From Raillietiella orientalis (lineage: Eukaryota): a DNA stretch of 64,000 nucleotides. The DNA is taken from assembly GCA_036172245.1 (NCBI GenBank), contig JAYWIR010000001.1:2914001-2978000 (forward strand), read 5' to 3'. Below, in pieces: positions 27,101 to 37,038 of the stretch. The translations under genes and the position numbers were made by a program. Under the pieces are notes generated by a model that saw only the letters and a program-made list of their open reading frames with translations, had not been told where the DNA came from and searched no databases. The first letter of the stretch is position 1. Every line of letters starts with the position of its first letter.

Positions 27101-30100
27101 ATGGCAGAAGCCAGTGCATAGAAGTTTTAGCAAAAAGTAGTCCAAGTCTCTAAATCTGTATCAATCATTGTGTGAAATTTCTTTAAAATTAAGGATTTAG
27201 TTTAAAGATTTTAAATTTTAGTTTAAAATTAAGGATCGAGTTGTCTTGTGTAGTGATCGGTGGAATTATTCAAATTACCGTTGGATTAATTTAAACAGAT
27301 CTGATCGACTATGATTGCTCAGCAGAGATTCTGTGACCTTATTCAATCCCTGGGGAAAGCGCCGACTTACTACCAAACAGCAAAAGTTTCCCTTTGATTT
27401 AGTCCAGGACTTCGTGACGATGTTCCTGAGTATGCAGTGTTCTGTTCTTGCATATGCAGGTTTGAAGTAGAATTCCTTCGTCAAGAGAGTACTTATTAAA
27501 ACTTTTAAACCAGTTCCAGATTGTCTCACAAAAAAAGGAAGCCATTTTGTGGATGCGATCGTGCGGCGGAATGAGGAAATCCTTTTCTGTCTGCGCAGTT
27601 CTTCGACACGGTTCCACGCCACCCAAGGGTGGGTAATTCTTCAAGATAGGGGGGACCCTGGGAGAAGACCCCTATTTCCGAACCCCTGCCAGGAAGGACT
27701 CGGAGTCCGTTCCTCTCACGCCTGGGGAGGGATCCCCAGAAATGGAGATCACCTCCACCCTGGTTGTCTCTGAAGGGGAATCCAGAAGGGGACCTCCTTC
27801 CTTATTCTCTCCGGAGCACCCCCGGGGGGGTCCGCTCCATTCTTTCTTCTCTGAAGGAAACCCGGAAAGGATCCGATCCTAGAATTTCTTCTCCGGAGGG
27901 ATCCCCCGCAAGGGATCCGCTCCTGTTCTTACTCCTCGGAAGTGAACCCAGATGGGACGCTTCCGAAATTCAGAAGGACGCAGCTTCCCCGAAAGGATCG
28001 GCTCGCTTCTCTGTACTCTCTGGAGAGGTGGTGGCGACACACCTACTCCATCAGTACGACGCGGAGGGTCCCCCCGGAATAGGGGGTCCGCTCCTTCACA
28101 ACCGGAGGGGGAACGCCGTGATTCCTGGAAGGAATCGGAGCTCGACCCCCATTTGCCCCGGCCCTCATCGGGGGGCATCCGGTTGCAACGGCTACCAGTT
28201 CCGCATCCGGATGAATGTGAGCCAACCAACGCCATCCTGTGGGGTGAACTCGGAACCCACGACGCTTGTTGGTGCCACGCGCGGAGACCATCGTAACCAC
28301 ACGGACTCTGAGGCGGTCTTGTAAAAAGTATAGCATTTGCTGAGATATACGTGTAATTTATGCGTTGTGTGGGCGAGAATCTACAAGATTGCTTATTTTT
28401 CCGTGGAAAATTACAGAATCTTATGGGAATCGGAAGCACTGAGCAATTTCTCATACATTTTGAAAATTTAGAAAATGAAATACCTATAAAAGATCAAACT
28501 TTTCAAGATGAGGTGTTTGATGTGGAGGGAAGAATAGAGGCGGAGACATTCAGACGCCAAGTTATGATGATGAAGGTGAACTCGATTCTATCCCCCAGAA
28601 CCCTGTAGCGGTTCACGTTTCCCTGGATTGAACTCCAGGAAGATTTGACGACCCCCAGTAGTAAACTCTTCGATTGGTTGAATCTTACTAAGCATACAAT
28701 GTCTGCACGCTTTTACGGTCCATCTAATGAACCACGGAAGGAAGGTTTAGAAGAAATCAGTCGAGTGCCGTCATTATGGATCTGCTTTCAAAGTGAACTC
28801 AGAAACCAATGAAGAGAGAAGAACCTATGAAGACACAAACAAGGTACGTCTTACCTTTGGCAGTCCTCCTGCTCTGATATCGTTCACCTGACAAAGTTCC
28901 AAGACATCTCCATCCTTGAAAGAAGAAAATTTCAAATGAACATGGATATCTGAAACATGAATTCTTTGGCATGTTTGCACACTTTGTTTGAGAGACCTGT
29001 CTTTCTTTCGAAATGTGTCTGGTAAAACTGCTACCAGAGAAGACCAACGATTCCTAAAACATAGGTGGCATACGCAACGTGTGCGATAATCGGAATTTGT
29101 TCGATTTAAGTTGTTCAGAAAGATGAGTCCCTCTTTTGTCCCTCTTCAATAGACAATCCCGCATTTTGCCTTTCGAAGGACGGAATCTGTATGTAAGTCG
29201 AGAGAAGAGAGTCGCGCGCTTTTGGTTCCCGTTATTTCTGCTTTCTTCTCTGAGACTGGTCCAGGAGCGGAGGAAGGCTTTTGGGAGGAAGTGCTCCTGC
29301 TATAGCAGGAGTACCTGGAATGACGAGCATGGAGCGGCGTGTCGCTCGCGAGAACACGAAATGTGTGCACATCGTCTTCCCCTTGCAAGAACTCTTCGCG
29401 GCTGCTCCTCGTGGAACTTCACCGTGGAACAGGAAGAAATTGTAGTTTCCGTTGCCATATCGCACCGCTCCATGGTAACGCGAAAAAGTCACCATACTCC
29501 TAACTTATTCAAGGGTGCGAAAGAAAAAGGACGGTTACTTGTCGACGGTTACCTTCGTATGGATCTTCGTACGGACTGAATACCATACAAAAAAAAAAAA
29601 AGATGCTGATGGCGTGAGAAGCAGAGCTACATGCCGTGTTTCGCAACGAATTTCACAAGCTTCCTGTGGTCTTCGCGAGCGTCTCAGGGTCCTTTTCGAC
29701 CTCGATCTCTAGTTTGGGCGATTCCTGTTTAGCATTGGCATTTGCGCACACCTTCCGGAGTCCTCTTCTTGGGGTTGCCCCGGGGTTTCTTATGGTGATC
29801 ACTCTGTGTGTAAGTGGTCCCCACATTCATGGATGCAAATTCTGATCTCTAATTATCGCATGCAAGCAAGCTCACGGCCAGCGCATCGGATTTTCCATTT
29901 AATGGCTGCTGCTACCTCGCGATTCTAAATGGAAAATACTCAATTATCGGGTACCTCCCTTCGTGGTTGCTTCTCTTTTTTTTTTTTCCTTTTCCTTTTT
30001 TTTTTTTTTTGCAATTTCTGCACAGAAACTGCTATTGCCGTCGGTTTGTCGGCACATCAGCACTAACGGCACTCCGGACAAAAAACTGTCGCGTTTGTTT

Positions 30101-33100
30101 GCACTGTTCGCGTATATTTTAGCGTCAGAACAAATTCAACCACATGTTTTCTGTTTAGCCTCATTCGAGTTGTTGTTGTTGTTGTGTGTGGGCGTGCGTG
30201 CATCAGCGAGAGCGCTGTTGCTAAACAACGATCTCTGTTATGCTACAACTTACATCGAAGCGGAACTGGAACCTGCCTGCTGCTACCATTACTACTGTGT
30301 TCATCAGGAACGCAGAGTCGATTTATTCATAATAATCTTTACTGCATCGAGTAAGGATGGAAGGTCGCCCTATAATCCGCCCTGATCGCATTTTCAATAG
30401 CACAGAGACGAGTCGTGCGGAGCGGCAGCTCAGGAATAGGGAAAGATCGAAATTGTCTGCAGTTCGAAACGCCCAGTTTTTTAGGCGAGAGACAGGAAAA
30501 CGTCTCCGATGGATTCCGCTGCATCTTTCGCTCGAAGAAACGCGCGGGAGCATCCGAGAGCGAAGAACTGCAACCTCGGCTGCGACTCCCATTGCGAAAA
30601 ATCGATAGCGCTTTGGCGAAGTGAACTCCGATCGGTTCCGAAAAGCGAAGAGTACGAATCATCCCTCCAGCTGCGCATCAGCAGCCCCTGATGCTTAGGG
30701 AAACCGAAACCTATTCTCCCTGGACCGCTGAAGTACACGAAGGTGAGATGCTTGCAAGCCGCGGACAGTCCGCTGCCCGCGTGGCCCGCGGCGAAGCGTG
30801 GTCAAATGGTGCTCGGGAGGCGTTCGTCGCGGCGTCGGCTGCCTCGCACGTTCAAGTCGAGAAAATCGATGGGGCGTTCATCGTTCCACTGTGCCCCTCT
30901 TGCGAGGAGTATCCAGGTCACTCCCTCGATGGGGAAGGCCATTGCATCTTCGTGGGGTGGAAAGTGAACCCCACGGTGGGTGAGAGGCAGCGGCAGAAAC
31001 CGCGCGGCTTGCAGCGTTCGAAAACCTCGCCTTGAGGACGAAGGGCGCAAATCCGATCCAGGGAATTTCGAGCGGCGCTGGAGTTTTTTTCCCTTCGCCA
31101 AAGGATGATGCGAGGAATCTGCACGTCGTGGGAGAACGCAGATTCTGGACGCAGATCATGATTTCTGGAAGTTGCTCTCACTATGGTCACGCCACCAAAC
31201 AAGATCCCTAAATCCTATATATATGTATATGTATATCCCTAAATCCTATATATATGTATCCTATATATATATATATATATATAGGATTTAATATATAGAT
31301 AGATAGATATGGATATAGATATATTGTAGTTCCAAGTCCTCCAGCTTGCCAGTTTATTCTCTCTCACTCTGAGAGAGAGAGGAGCAAACGTTCCCTGCGG
31401 ACACAAAAGTCTGGTAGGAACACGCGCGACGGTCTTACACTGACAACGGAAGAGGCAGTGAGTGAAAAGACTACGCGCTCCGGTGGCAAAAGAAAAAAGA
31501 GAAAAAGCGAACGCTGTGGGTTGATTCATCGGGATGGAGACGGATCCAAAGATGCCAAAGTTCACTCAGAAACTGTCTAGCAACCTATGGATCCACGCCG
31601 CCCAAATTATCTCCGGAGCTTTTAAGGAGCTCTCTGCTGCGAAATGATCTGGAGGAGAATTACCATCAGCGTCTATCGGCCTTCTCGGCGCTTTGCAAAC
31701 GAACGCTTGGGGTATGGAAAGCATGGGGTGGATCCGCGTCGAGGGTAGCTCTGTTCGAAGATGGAAGCTGCCCGTCGATAACGTCTGCGAGCCGACGACG
31801 TCGTTTCAACTCCGCGAGTGACACGCGGCATTACGGTCCCTCGCCCTACGCAAGACCCCAAGCCAAGAACTATAGGAGGAACTCCGTAGGGACCACCCTA
31901 CGGATCCAAGAGGGGGCGCCGGAGGAAGGAGTCCGTTTCTCTCGCGCTTGGTAGAAGAACCCCGAAGGGAACCCTTGCCCTGGTTGCCTCCGAAGGAAGT
32001 CCCGAAGGGAATCTCTTCCCCATTCTCTTCGGAGGGACCCTACGGAGGGGGTCCCTCCTCGTTGCTCCTCCAGAGGGAACCCGGAAAGGATCTTCTCCAG
32101 GAATTTCTTGTCCGCAAGGAACCGCTCCTTGCATCTCCTCCTCTGAAGAGGAACCCCGAAGGGACGCATCCCAGTTTTCCGCGAAAGGTCGTGTCGGGGC
32201 CGCCTCCCCATCCAGGCACGCGAGGGTTCGCAGGGGATGTATTCTCTCTGGCGACGCGAATGCGGTCGCCTGGCCGACACGAATGCGGGCCGATCCGGAA
32301 GCGCAATGGCCGCCTTGCAGACTAACGGAAGCGGGGACGAAGGGCGAGCTCCATCGACGGCAGGAACGGTCCAGCCTTCTCCTCAGATGATCTCCTCCCG
32401 CGGGGAAATGCATCTCGACCCCCCAGGGCACCGGTCTCGTGTCTTCCGGAAAGAGGTGGCGGAGGAGCTCTGTCGGAGGCCGCGTGATGGGGTGATCGGC
32501 GAGAGCGAGTGCACACGAGCCCTAAGGGGTACAAAGGGAGGGAGAAGGAGGGGGAGAGGCGCACCGCGCGTCCTGGGCACTCTATGGCATGAAGACTCCC
32601 CTCCTTCGGATGGCCTTCGTCGGCTCCTGGATCTCTACTGCGGAGACCGAGCGCCCTGGGTGGCAGGTCTACCCTGCTCCGCCCTGTCGGCGAGTCGGGA
32701 AGGAACCGGGAAGATTGGTGGGGGCTTCCGCCTAGCGGGGGATCTCTTCCGGGGCGCGGCGGATCCTCCCGCGGTGCTGCCATCGACACGCGGGGGAAAA
32801 TCGGGTCACCTTCCCTCTGACGGACACGCTGGCCGAAGAGAATTTTGGGCTCCGGCGACCGCTCCGGCCGGTGGCTCTGAAGAAGGGTGGCTCAGGCTCC
32901 CCAGAGGACTCCTGTGACCTGCCCGGCTCCAGCTCGTGGCTTCCTTCCGGCGCTCTGGGATGGCTGCCTCCCTCCCCCCTCTTCCTCAAGATCCCTTGAG
33001 GAAGATCTCTTGGTCTCCAGGAGACCAGAGCAGGGGAAAAAAAAATTCTTCTTGAAGGTCAAGCGCGCGAGCAGCGTGCAGTGTGGGAAGCAGCGGGATG

Positions 33101-34788
33101 GTCCGCCGGAGCGCGAACGGGTCAACGGGAGTCCCCTGGGAACGCACCGCGTGTTGCCGGGGGACGAGAGGCGGCGGCGAGAGCGCGACCCGCGCCAGCC
33201 TCCAGCCGGGACGAAACCACGGGAAGCGATCCCGGCCTGTTCAGGAGGGGGCGGGTCTGCTTGTACCGCGGGAACGTGTCCAAAGCACCGCCGCGGTCAC
33301 GCCGGCAACATTCGCTTCCGCTTCCGGGAGCTGTGTCCCGTAGTCCCGGAAGCGGAAGGAATGGTAAGGCGGCCCCTGCGCTGTCCCGTCTTGGCAAGGA
33401 GGCCTCTCTGGGGCCCGTCGCGCAGGCGTCGATCCCGGAAACTTGGCAACGGCGGCGTCCTGGAGGGCACATAGGAAGATCGTCTCGAAAGACGCGGGGG
33501 GAAGAGGAAGGATGGCTCTCGAGGCAGCTCGCTGCCTCCCTGCTTCTGGGAGCATCCGAGCGGGTGGACGGGAGCCGACCCCATGACCCCTGTCTATCCC
33601 TCTTTGGCTTCCCGATGTGTGACGCGCGCCTTCCTGTGCCCCAGTCTGGCAGATGGGGTCCCACAGGAGGGAGGAGTCGGGAGGTCGTTTCCCTTCCCCT
33701 CCCTAAATGTCCCGGGAGGATCGTTCGACCTTTCAGGGTCGATACGATCACCGCCGGCGGCGGCCTCCGTGACACGCGTGCCGCCGGATCCTCTCTGCGG
33801 TCGAGAGGAGGACGACCAGCAGGTCCCGGTCTCCCGGTCTCTTTTCTCCCCCCTCCCTCCTCGAACGACCCTCTGCAGCGTGGCGGCGATAACGAGGAGG
33901 AGGAGACGCGCACGAGAGAGAAAGAGATCGCGCACCGCCGCCACTCTCCGGGAGGCTGCATCTCCTCCGCGTGGCCTTCCTCTCCCTCGCTGATCCCAAC
34001 GGTTCACTTACGTCACGCAAACCGCTGGAGCGCCTTGGCCGGCGCGGATGCTACGCGAGTGGAGCCTCCTCGCTCCCTCGCGCGCGCACGCGCTCGCTCG
34101 CCTCGTCCGTGTGCTCCCCCCGGTAGCAGCAACAGCGTGGAGGAGACTCAAGGATTCGCTCCTCCCCCTCCCCCTCCTCCTCCCTAGCGCTTGCGATCCG
34201 CTCATCCAACCACGGAAGGCGTGCAGCGGCGGCACTGCGCCCCAGACTCCGTTGCTTGGAAACCGCGGCGTGCGCGGGCGCGCGTTTCCTGGCTTCATTC
34301 CCAGGAGTCTGCTGTGGGTGTCTTGGCAACGACTTGTCACTCCTCCCCCAACCGCATGGGTCACTCAGACGCAGTGAGCGGATTTCTCTCCTCTCCCCCT
34401 CCTGCCTGTCTCTTTCTCCGTCCGTGCCGTTCCTCGCGGTGACTACTGTTCCCGGGGAAAGGACAAACGGAGGAGGTTCTCCTCCCCATTTCACCCTCAA
34501 AACGCGTCAGAGATCGTAGCCAGTGGAAGGACCAGCGAGAGAGGGACATCCTTACCCGCCCTTCGCTCTTCCAGTAGATGAAGAAGCCGTACTCGTCCAC
34601 CCGGTAGAAGCAGCTCTCCTCCAGCTCCAGGGCGTCCTTCTCCTTCGAGGGGGGCGTCCGCGCGTGCCAGGGGGTCTGCGTTCCCAAGCGAGCCGCCTCC
34701 TTACCTCGGTCCAGCGGTCGAAGTGGTCGCCTCGCACCAGAGCCTCCGGCACGGGGATGCGCCAGTTGAACTCGAAGCGCTTCGTCAT
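1..34788 (-). CDS. norpA: Phospholipase C-beta (norpA/PLCB4-like), multi-exon, 3'-partial. Exons: 34788-34705, 34642-34556, 28914-28855, 21919-21782, 20975-20896, 15872-15737, 7782-7682, 7604-7438, 6971-6667, 6622-6458, 6411-6238, 3286-3130, 305-148, 103-<1
   Basis: The spliced translation begins [15 protein letters not shown]...[29 protein letters not shown], which resembles the NorpA N-terminus as I recall it. It contains PLC X-box motifs ([44 protein letters not shown]) and Y-box motifs ([34 protein letters not shown]). All introns are GT-AG with matching phases. Confidence 0.93.
148..305 (-). CDS. norpA: PLC-beta exon 13, Y box
   Basis: [27 protein letters not shown]. Confidence 0.96.
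645..1345 (-). mobile_element. SINE-like family copy A
   Basis: Reverse complement aligns closely to 22320-22780; degenerate tRNA-like head near 1290-1345; A-rich tail near 645-660. Confidence 0.75.
1450..2450 (-). mobile_element. Decayed non-LTR retrotransposon reverse-transcriptase relic
   Basis: Collinear degenerate RT motifs ALKQWSPI (cf. GLxQGxPxSP) near 1860-1885 and RHADDLAI (cf. YADD) at 1718-1740; frameshifted; boundaries approximate. Confidence 0.5.
3130..3286 (-). CDS. norpA: PLC-beta exon 12 (DMEKLEP...[31 protein letters not shown])
   Basis: [11 protein letters not shown] motif typical of NorpA/PLCB4, 157 nt. Confidence 0.95.
5860..5940 (-). CDS. Probable additional or cassette PLC-beta exon in the X-Y linker ([27 protein letters not shown])
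   Basis: Strong acceptor (TTTCTTTTTCCAG), consensus donor GAA|GTAAGT, 81 nt, phase 0/0, no stop. No homology evidence. Confidence 0.55.
6238..6411 (-). CDS. norpA: PLC-beta exon 11, end of X box and acidic X-Y linker
   Basis: [17 protein letters not shown]...EDEEKED, 174 nt. Confidence 0.94.
6458..6622 (-). CDS. norpA: PLC-beta exon 10 ([26 protein letters not shown]...)
   Basis: 165 nt, X-box motif. Confidence 0.96.
6667..6971 (-). CDS. norpA: PLC-beta exon 9, start of X catalytic box
   Basis: [19 protein letters not shown]...[11 protein letters not shown]; both catalytic histidines present. Confidence 0.97.
7200..7330. mobile_element. Fragment of the SINE-like family core
   Basis: Contains GGAACCC...AAGGGAC and GAGTCCCCTCTC motifs like those in the family core. 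Confidence 0.4.
7438..7604 (-). CDS. norpA: PLC-beta exon 8 ([34 protein letters not shown]...)
   Basis: [12 protein letters not shown] motif, 167 nt. Confidence 0.95.
7682..7782 (-). CDS. norpA: PLC-beta exon 7 ([33 protein letters not shown])
   Basis: 101 nt, TAG acceptor, GTGAGT donor. Confidence 0.93.
8610..9415 (-). mobile_element. SINE-like family copy B (diverged, near full length)
   Basis: Head GGCCGTGTGGCTGCGGTC...CGTGGCAC, structured core, 3' GAGCTCGTGAGCCCCTAGGCGAAAGGTCCTTCAGC, A-rich tail. Confidence 0.72.
9543..11041. repeat. Inverted duplicate (1499 bp) of 35534-37038
   Basis: Reverse-complement match; the ORF track gives identical peptides on opposite strands. Confidence 0.97.
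11050..13400 (-). mobile_element. Decayed L1/Tx1-like LINE ORF2 relic (GC-rich)
   Basis: Ordered remnants across frames: KSCPDD (cf. KAPGPDG), PLAPMML (cf. WRPIxL), YLAETKRMG (cf. NxxKT), [13 protein letters not shown] (cf. LSLxGR), RFL*G..GGWVG (cf. FLW..GGLG), LNHLL..FP (cf. HLxxxC). Confidence 0.45.
14353..14405. repeat. Tandem duplication of a 25-bp unit (ATCGCCGCCATGTTTGCGACATCGG)
   Basis: Two exact adjacent copies. Confidence 0.9.
15737..15872 (-). CDS. norpA: PLC-beta exon 6 ([45 protein letters not shown]), EF-hand region
   Basis: 136 nt, [12 protein letters not shown] motif. Confidence 0.93.
18456..18510. repeat. Perfect 25-bp-stem hairpin with a 5-nt loop
   Basis: AAGAGCTGGTCTGTATGCTAGCCCC-TGCTT-GGGGCTAGCATACAGACCAGCTCTT. 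Confidence 0.95.
19323..19435 (+). mobile_element. 5'-truncated 3' end of the SINE-like family (copy C)
   Basis: Matches 60619-60730 (GAGTCACAC...CCCTAAGGAGGCGAAC.G.TCTTCAGCA) followed by an A-rich tail. Confidence 0.7.
19441..20000 (+). repeat. Direct repeat copy 1 (partner 22803-23340; short third fragment at about 26050-26137)
   Basis: Identical core 19511-19879, diverged flanks. Confidence 0.93.
20896..20975 (-). CDS. norpA: PLC-beta exon 5 ([27 protein letters not shown])
   Basis: 80 nt, phase 0/2; joins exon 6 to give KHWMRL. Confidence 0.92.
21782..21919 (-). CDS. norpA: PLC-beta exon 4 (DIRLLNQ...[27 protein letters not shown])
   Basis: 138 nt, TGCAG acceptor, AAG|GTGAT donor. Confidence 0.92.
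22150..22795 (+). mobile_element. SINE-like family copy D (antisense to the PLC gene)
   Basis: T-arm/B-box GTGGGTTCGAATCCCCAC at 22189-22206, followed by the family core. Confidence 0.8.
22803..23340 (+). repeat. Direct repeat copy 2
   Basis: Core 22870-23239 matches 19511-19879 apart from A-run length. Confidence 0.93.
26300..27580 (-). mobile_element. Possible decayed L1/Tx1-like LINE C-terminal fragment
   Basis: VLD*IKGKL...LS...ESLLS resembles the RT thumb region; many stops. Confidence 0.3.
27580..28305 (-). mobile_element. SINE-like family copy E (second subfamily)
   Basis: Near-identical to 49063-49790; shares head and 3' motifs with the other copies. Confidence 0.78.
28855..28914 (-). 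CDS. norpA: PLC-beta exon 3 ([20 protein letters not shown])
   Basis: 60 nt, phase 0/0, donor AAG|GTAAG. Missed by the ORF track. Confidence 0.92.
31204..31325. repeat. AT-rich microsatellite with a duplicated ATCCCTAAATCCTATATATATGTAT unit
   Basis: Direct inspection. Confidence 0.85.
31870..32290 (-). mobile_element. SINE-like family copy F (core only)
   Basis: GGAGTCCGTTTCTCTCGCGCTTGGTAGAAGAAC...CCGCAAGGAACCGCTCCTTG aligns to 795-1000. Confidence 0.72.
32300..33800 (-). mobile_element. Decayed L1/Tx1-like LINE RT relic (GC-rich)
   Basis: Ordered remnants DRIDPE (cf. AFDRxxH), KRDRQG (cf. RGxRQG), VFRDDL (cf. xADD), KRGEGG (cf. GGLG). Confidence 0.45.
34556..34642 (-). CDS. norpA: PLC-beta exon 2 ([29 protein letters not shown]), PH domain
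   Basis: [10 protein letters not shown] motif, donor CGG|GTAAG. The acceptor (AAG|GAG) could be shifted by a codon. Confidence 0.88.
34705..34788 (-). CDS. norpA: PLC-beta exon 1 ([28 protein letters not shown])
   Basis: ATG at 34788, donor GAG|GTAAG, 84 nt. Confidence 0.9.
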
Positions 34789-35450
34789 GCCGGTGCGCGC
34801 TAGCGCGCCAGGGGCTGCTGCCACCACCACCACCACCACCACACGGTCCGTCCGCTGGCGTCCCGTAGGGGGCCGTCCGCAGCGCCCCACGCTCGAGTCG
34901 GACGCTGCCGCCGGCGCAGTGCGGGCGAGACTGGCGAAGAACAGCGGCGGCGGCGGCGGCTGCGCTCCCGGCAACGCATGCGTTGCGAATCCTCGGCCTG
35001 TACCACACCTCGCGCGCGTCTTTCGGAGAGGCGGGGGAGGGAGGGGGAGAGGAAGGAGGAGGAGAAGGGAAGAGGAGATCTGTTTATTTATCCGTTCCCT
35101 AGCAGCAGCAGAGCTCGCTCCGTTCCTCTTTTCGCCCTTCCGCGCTACCCGCCATCCTCCGCTTCCCATCGATCTCGCGCAACACCTGATCGGAAGGGTG
35201 CCGCCGCCTGCGCCATCTCGCCGGACGCCGATCGATTCAGTGCAGCACCTCCGGGGAGGACGGCCAAGGGGCGGCGCAGGGCGTTCCCCTCCCGCACCTC
35301 CGGGACGAAGGGCTCTCGGAGTCGGCCCGACGTCGAGGGAGGCTCCTCGCCTCACCAGCTCCACCCTCCGCTCCCTGGGAATACGGACATCCCCTTCCTT
35401 AGTTCCTGCTGCCGGCTGCCGCGCGCGCCACGTCGAGCGGTCTTCTGAGA
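34789..35450 (-). promoter_or_regulatory. GC/CpG-rich 5' UTR and putative promoter region of the PLC gene
   Basis: Lies directly upstream of the ATG; CpG-dense with (ACC)n, (GGC)n and GA tracts. The transcription start cannot be placed from sequence. Confidence 0.45.
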
Positions 35451-35533
35451 AGGCGTGAAGGCTCCGCACAGGGAGCAGCTTTGGTGCGCCTCGGACATGG
35501 TGTGTATTGTGTTTTCTGCGTTCCCAGGTCGAG

Positions 35534-37038
35534 GGTTGGACCGCCCGCGTGCTTCGTGCTTGCTCTTCGCGCGGGCAGGAAGGAAAATACTCCTTGAAAA
35601 GCGACCGCAGGCGTCCAGGCCCGAGGTGCCAGTCTTTCCGCCTCGTTTCCGGGATCGTCATGGCAAAGGGCAGGCCGGTCCTGCCCCGCTCATCGCGCGC
35701 CACCGCCATCGTGTTCAAGACGTGGCCTCCCCCTTCCCGCGAAGAGTCCGGCAACCGAGCGAGCCCGACGCCGCTGCGCTTCCGGCGACCCCCGACCGAC
35801 CGCTGCCGGTCTGCCCCCGGCGCGCGCCCCGGAGCGTGCGTCCGGCGGGCGAACGGACCTGCTTGCGGGTCGAGCAGCACGGTCTCCGCTTTCTCCGGGA
35901 CGAGGTGAGGTCGCGACGGCGACGGCGACGGCGACGGCGACGACTCCGCTCGGCCCGTCGCTATCCCGAGCCGTGCCTGTCTCCTGTTCCTGCAGGATCG
36001 GCGCGTTCCGGCCCGCTTCTGGCTCCGGCGGCGATTCTCGCACGATCCAGGGAGATCAAGCACACCTCGGTTCGCGGATGCGCCCAGACGCAGCACCGAT
36101 AGTACGGGATCGGGAGCAGGCAACCGGAAGCGTCCAGGAGCAGGAACGCTCGGAAGTCGCCGTAGACGCTCCCGTGGGCGCTAGAGGACGCTCCGGCACC
36201 GGAGGGAAAGAGGAGGAGGCACGTCGAATCGTCCGCCGTTGGTGCCCGGCTGGCTTGAATTTCTGGCGCCGACGACATTCATTCCTGGATGATGGTGGAA
36301 TGGACAGGAGATGAGCGCGTGTCTGCACGTGCGACTCTGCAGACTTGGAAGCGTGGGCGCTTCTTGCAGGAGAGGAAGCATCTGGTGCGAGTCGGTGGAG
36401 CAAGTGCTCGGCACGTGGGGCATGTGGTTCGGAACGGCGCTGCTTCTTGCAAGAGCATCTTTGGTTCTTTCTCTGGTCTCTGGTCCCGCTTGGAGCACAA
36501 CCAAGAAAGTCGCACAGCTGCCTTCGCCAGAGGAGGATTCACGTCTGACCACCTGCTGTTTGGTCCGAGTTTCCCAGAGCAGCTGCAGGCACACTTGCCT
36601 GGAAGTCGATAGCGGCTGATGGAGCTTGCCCATCCCTTCTTCTTGGAGCGTACCGCGGAGTCCTGCGTTTCGAAACAGGAAGGAATCAGGCGATGGAGCG
36701 ACATGCGAGAATGCGAAGAACTTCTTGCGCACTTTCTCGTGGAACGTCTGGCGGCTGCGACTTCCTGCATGCGCTCCTTTCTCGGTGCGCGCGCGCGCAT
36801 CTCTGAGTGGTCCTTGAATGCCATGCGTCTGGGACCAGAAGTGATCCCCAAGCGCCCACCTTCATCCGGTACATCGAACCCTACGCTCCCAGGATGCTAG
36901 CGTCCGGTGCTGCGAAACATCTCTGGCTCGAAGCAATCTTTCCAGCATCCACGAGTCGCTCCGTTCCTACTTTGCTTTTTTCCTTCTTTCCGCGCATCCT
37001 CCTTCCGTCTTTGCCGGTTCTGGCTCTGCTTGGAATCA
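35534..37038. repeat. Upstream copy (1505 bp) of the inverted duplication
   Basis: Differs from the intronic copy by one GACGGC unit and a substitution near the end. Confidence 0.97.

Noticed and set aside
11042-35533. Fixed inversion between the 1.5 kb inverted repeats
   Set aside because: Exons 1-6 inside and 7-14 outside are in the same orientation and correct order.
34552-36123. 523-aa ORF and other long ORFs in the GC-rich 32-37 kb and 9.5-13 kb regions
   Set aside because: Low-complexity R/P/G/A translations open in several frames at once. Only the MTKRF...WTE part is real (exon 1).
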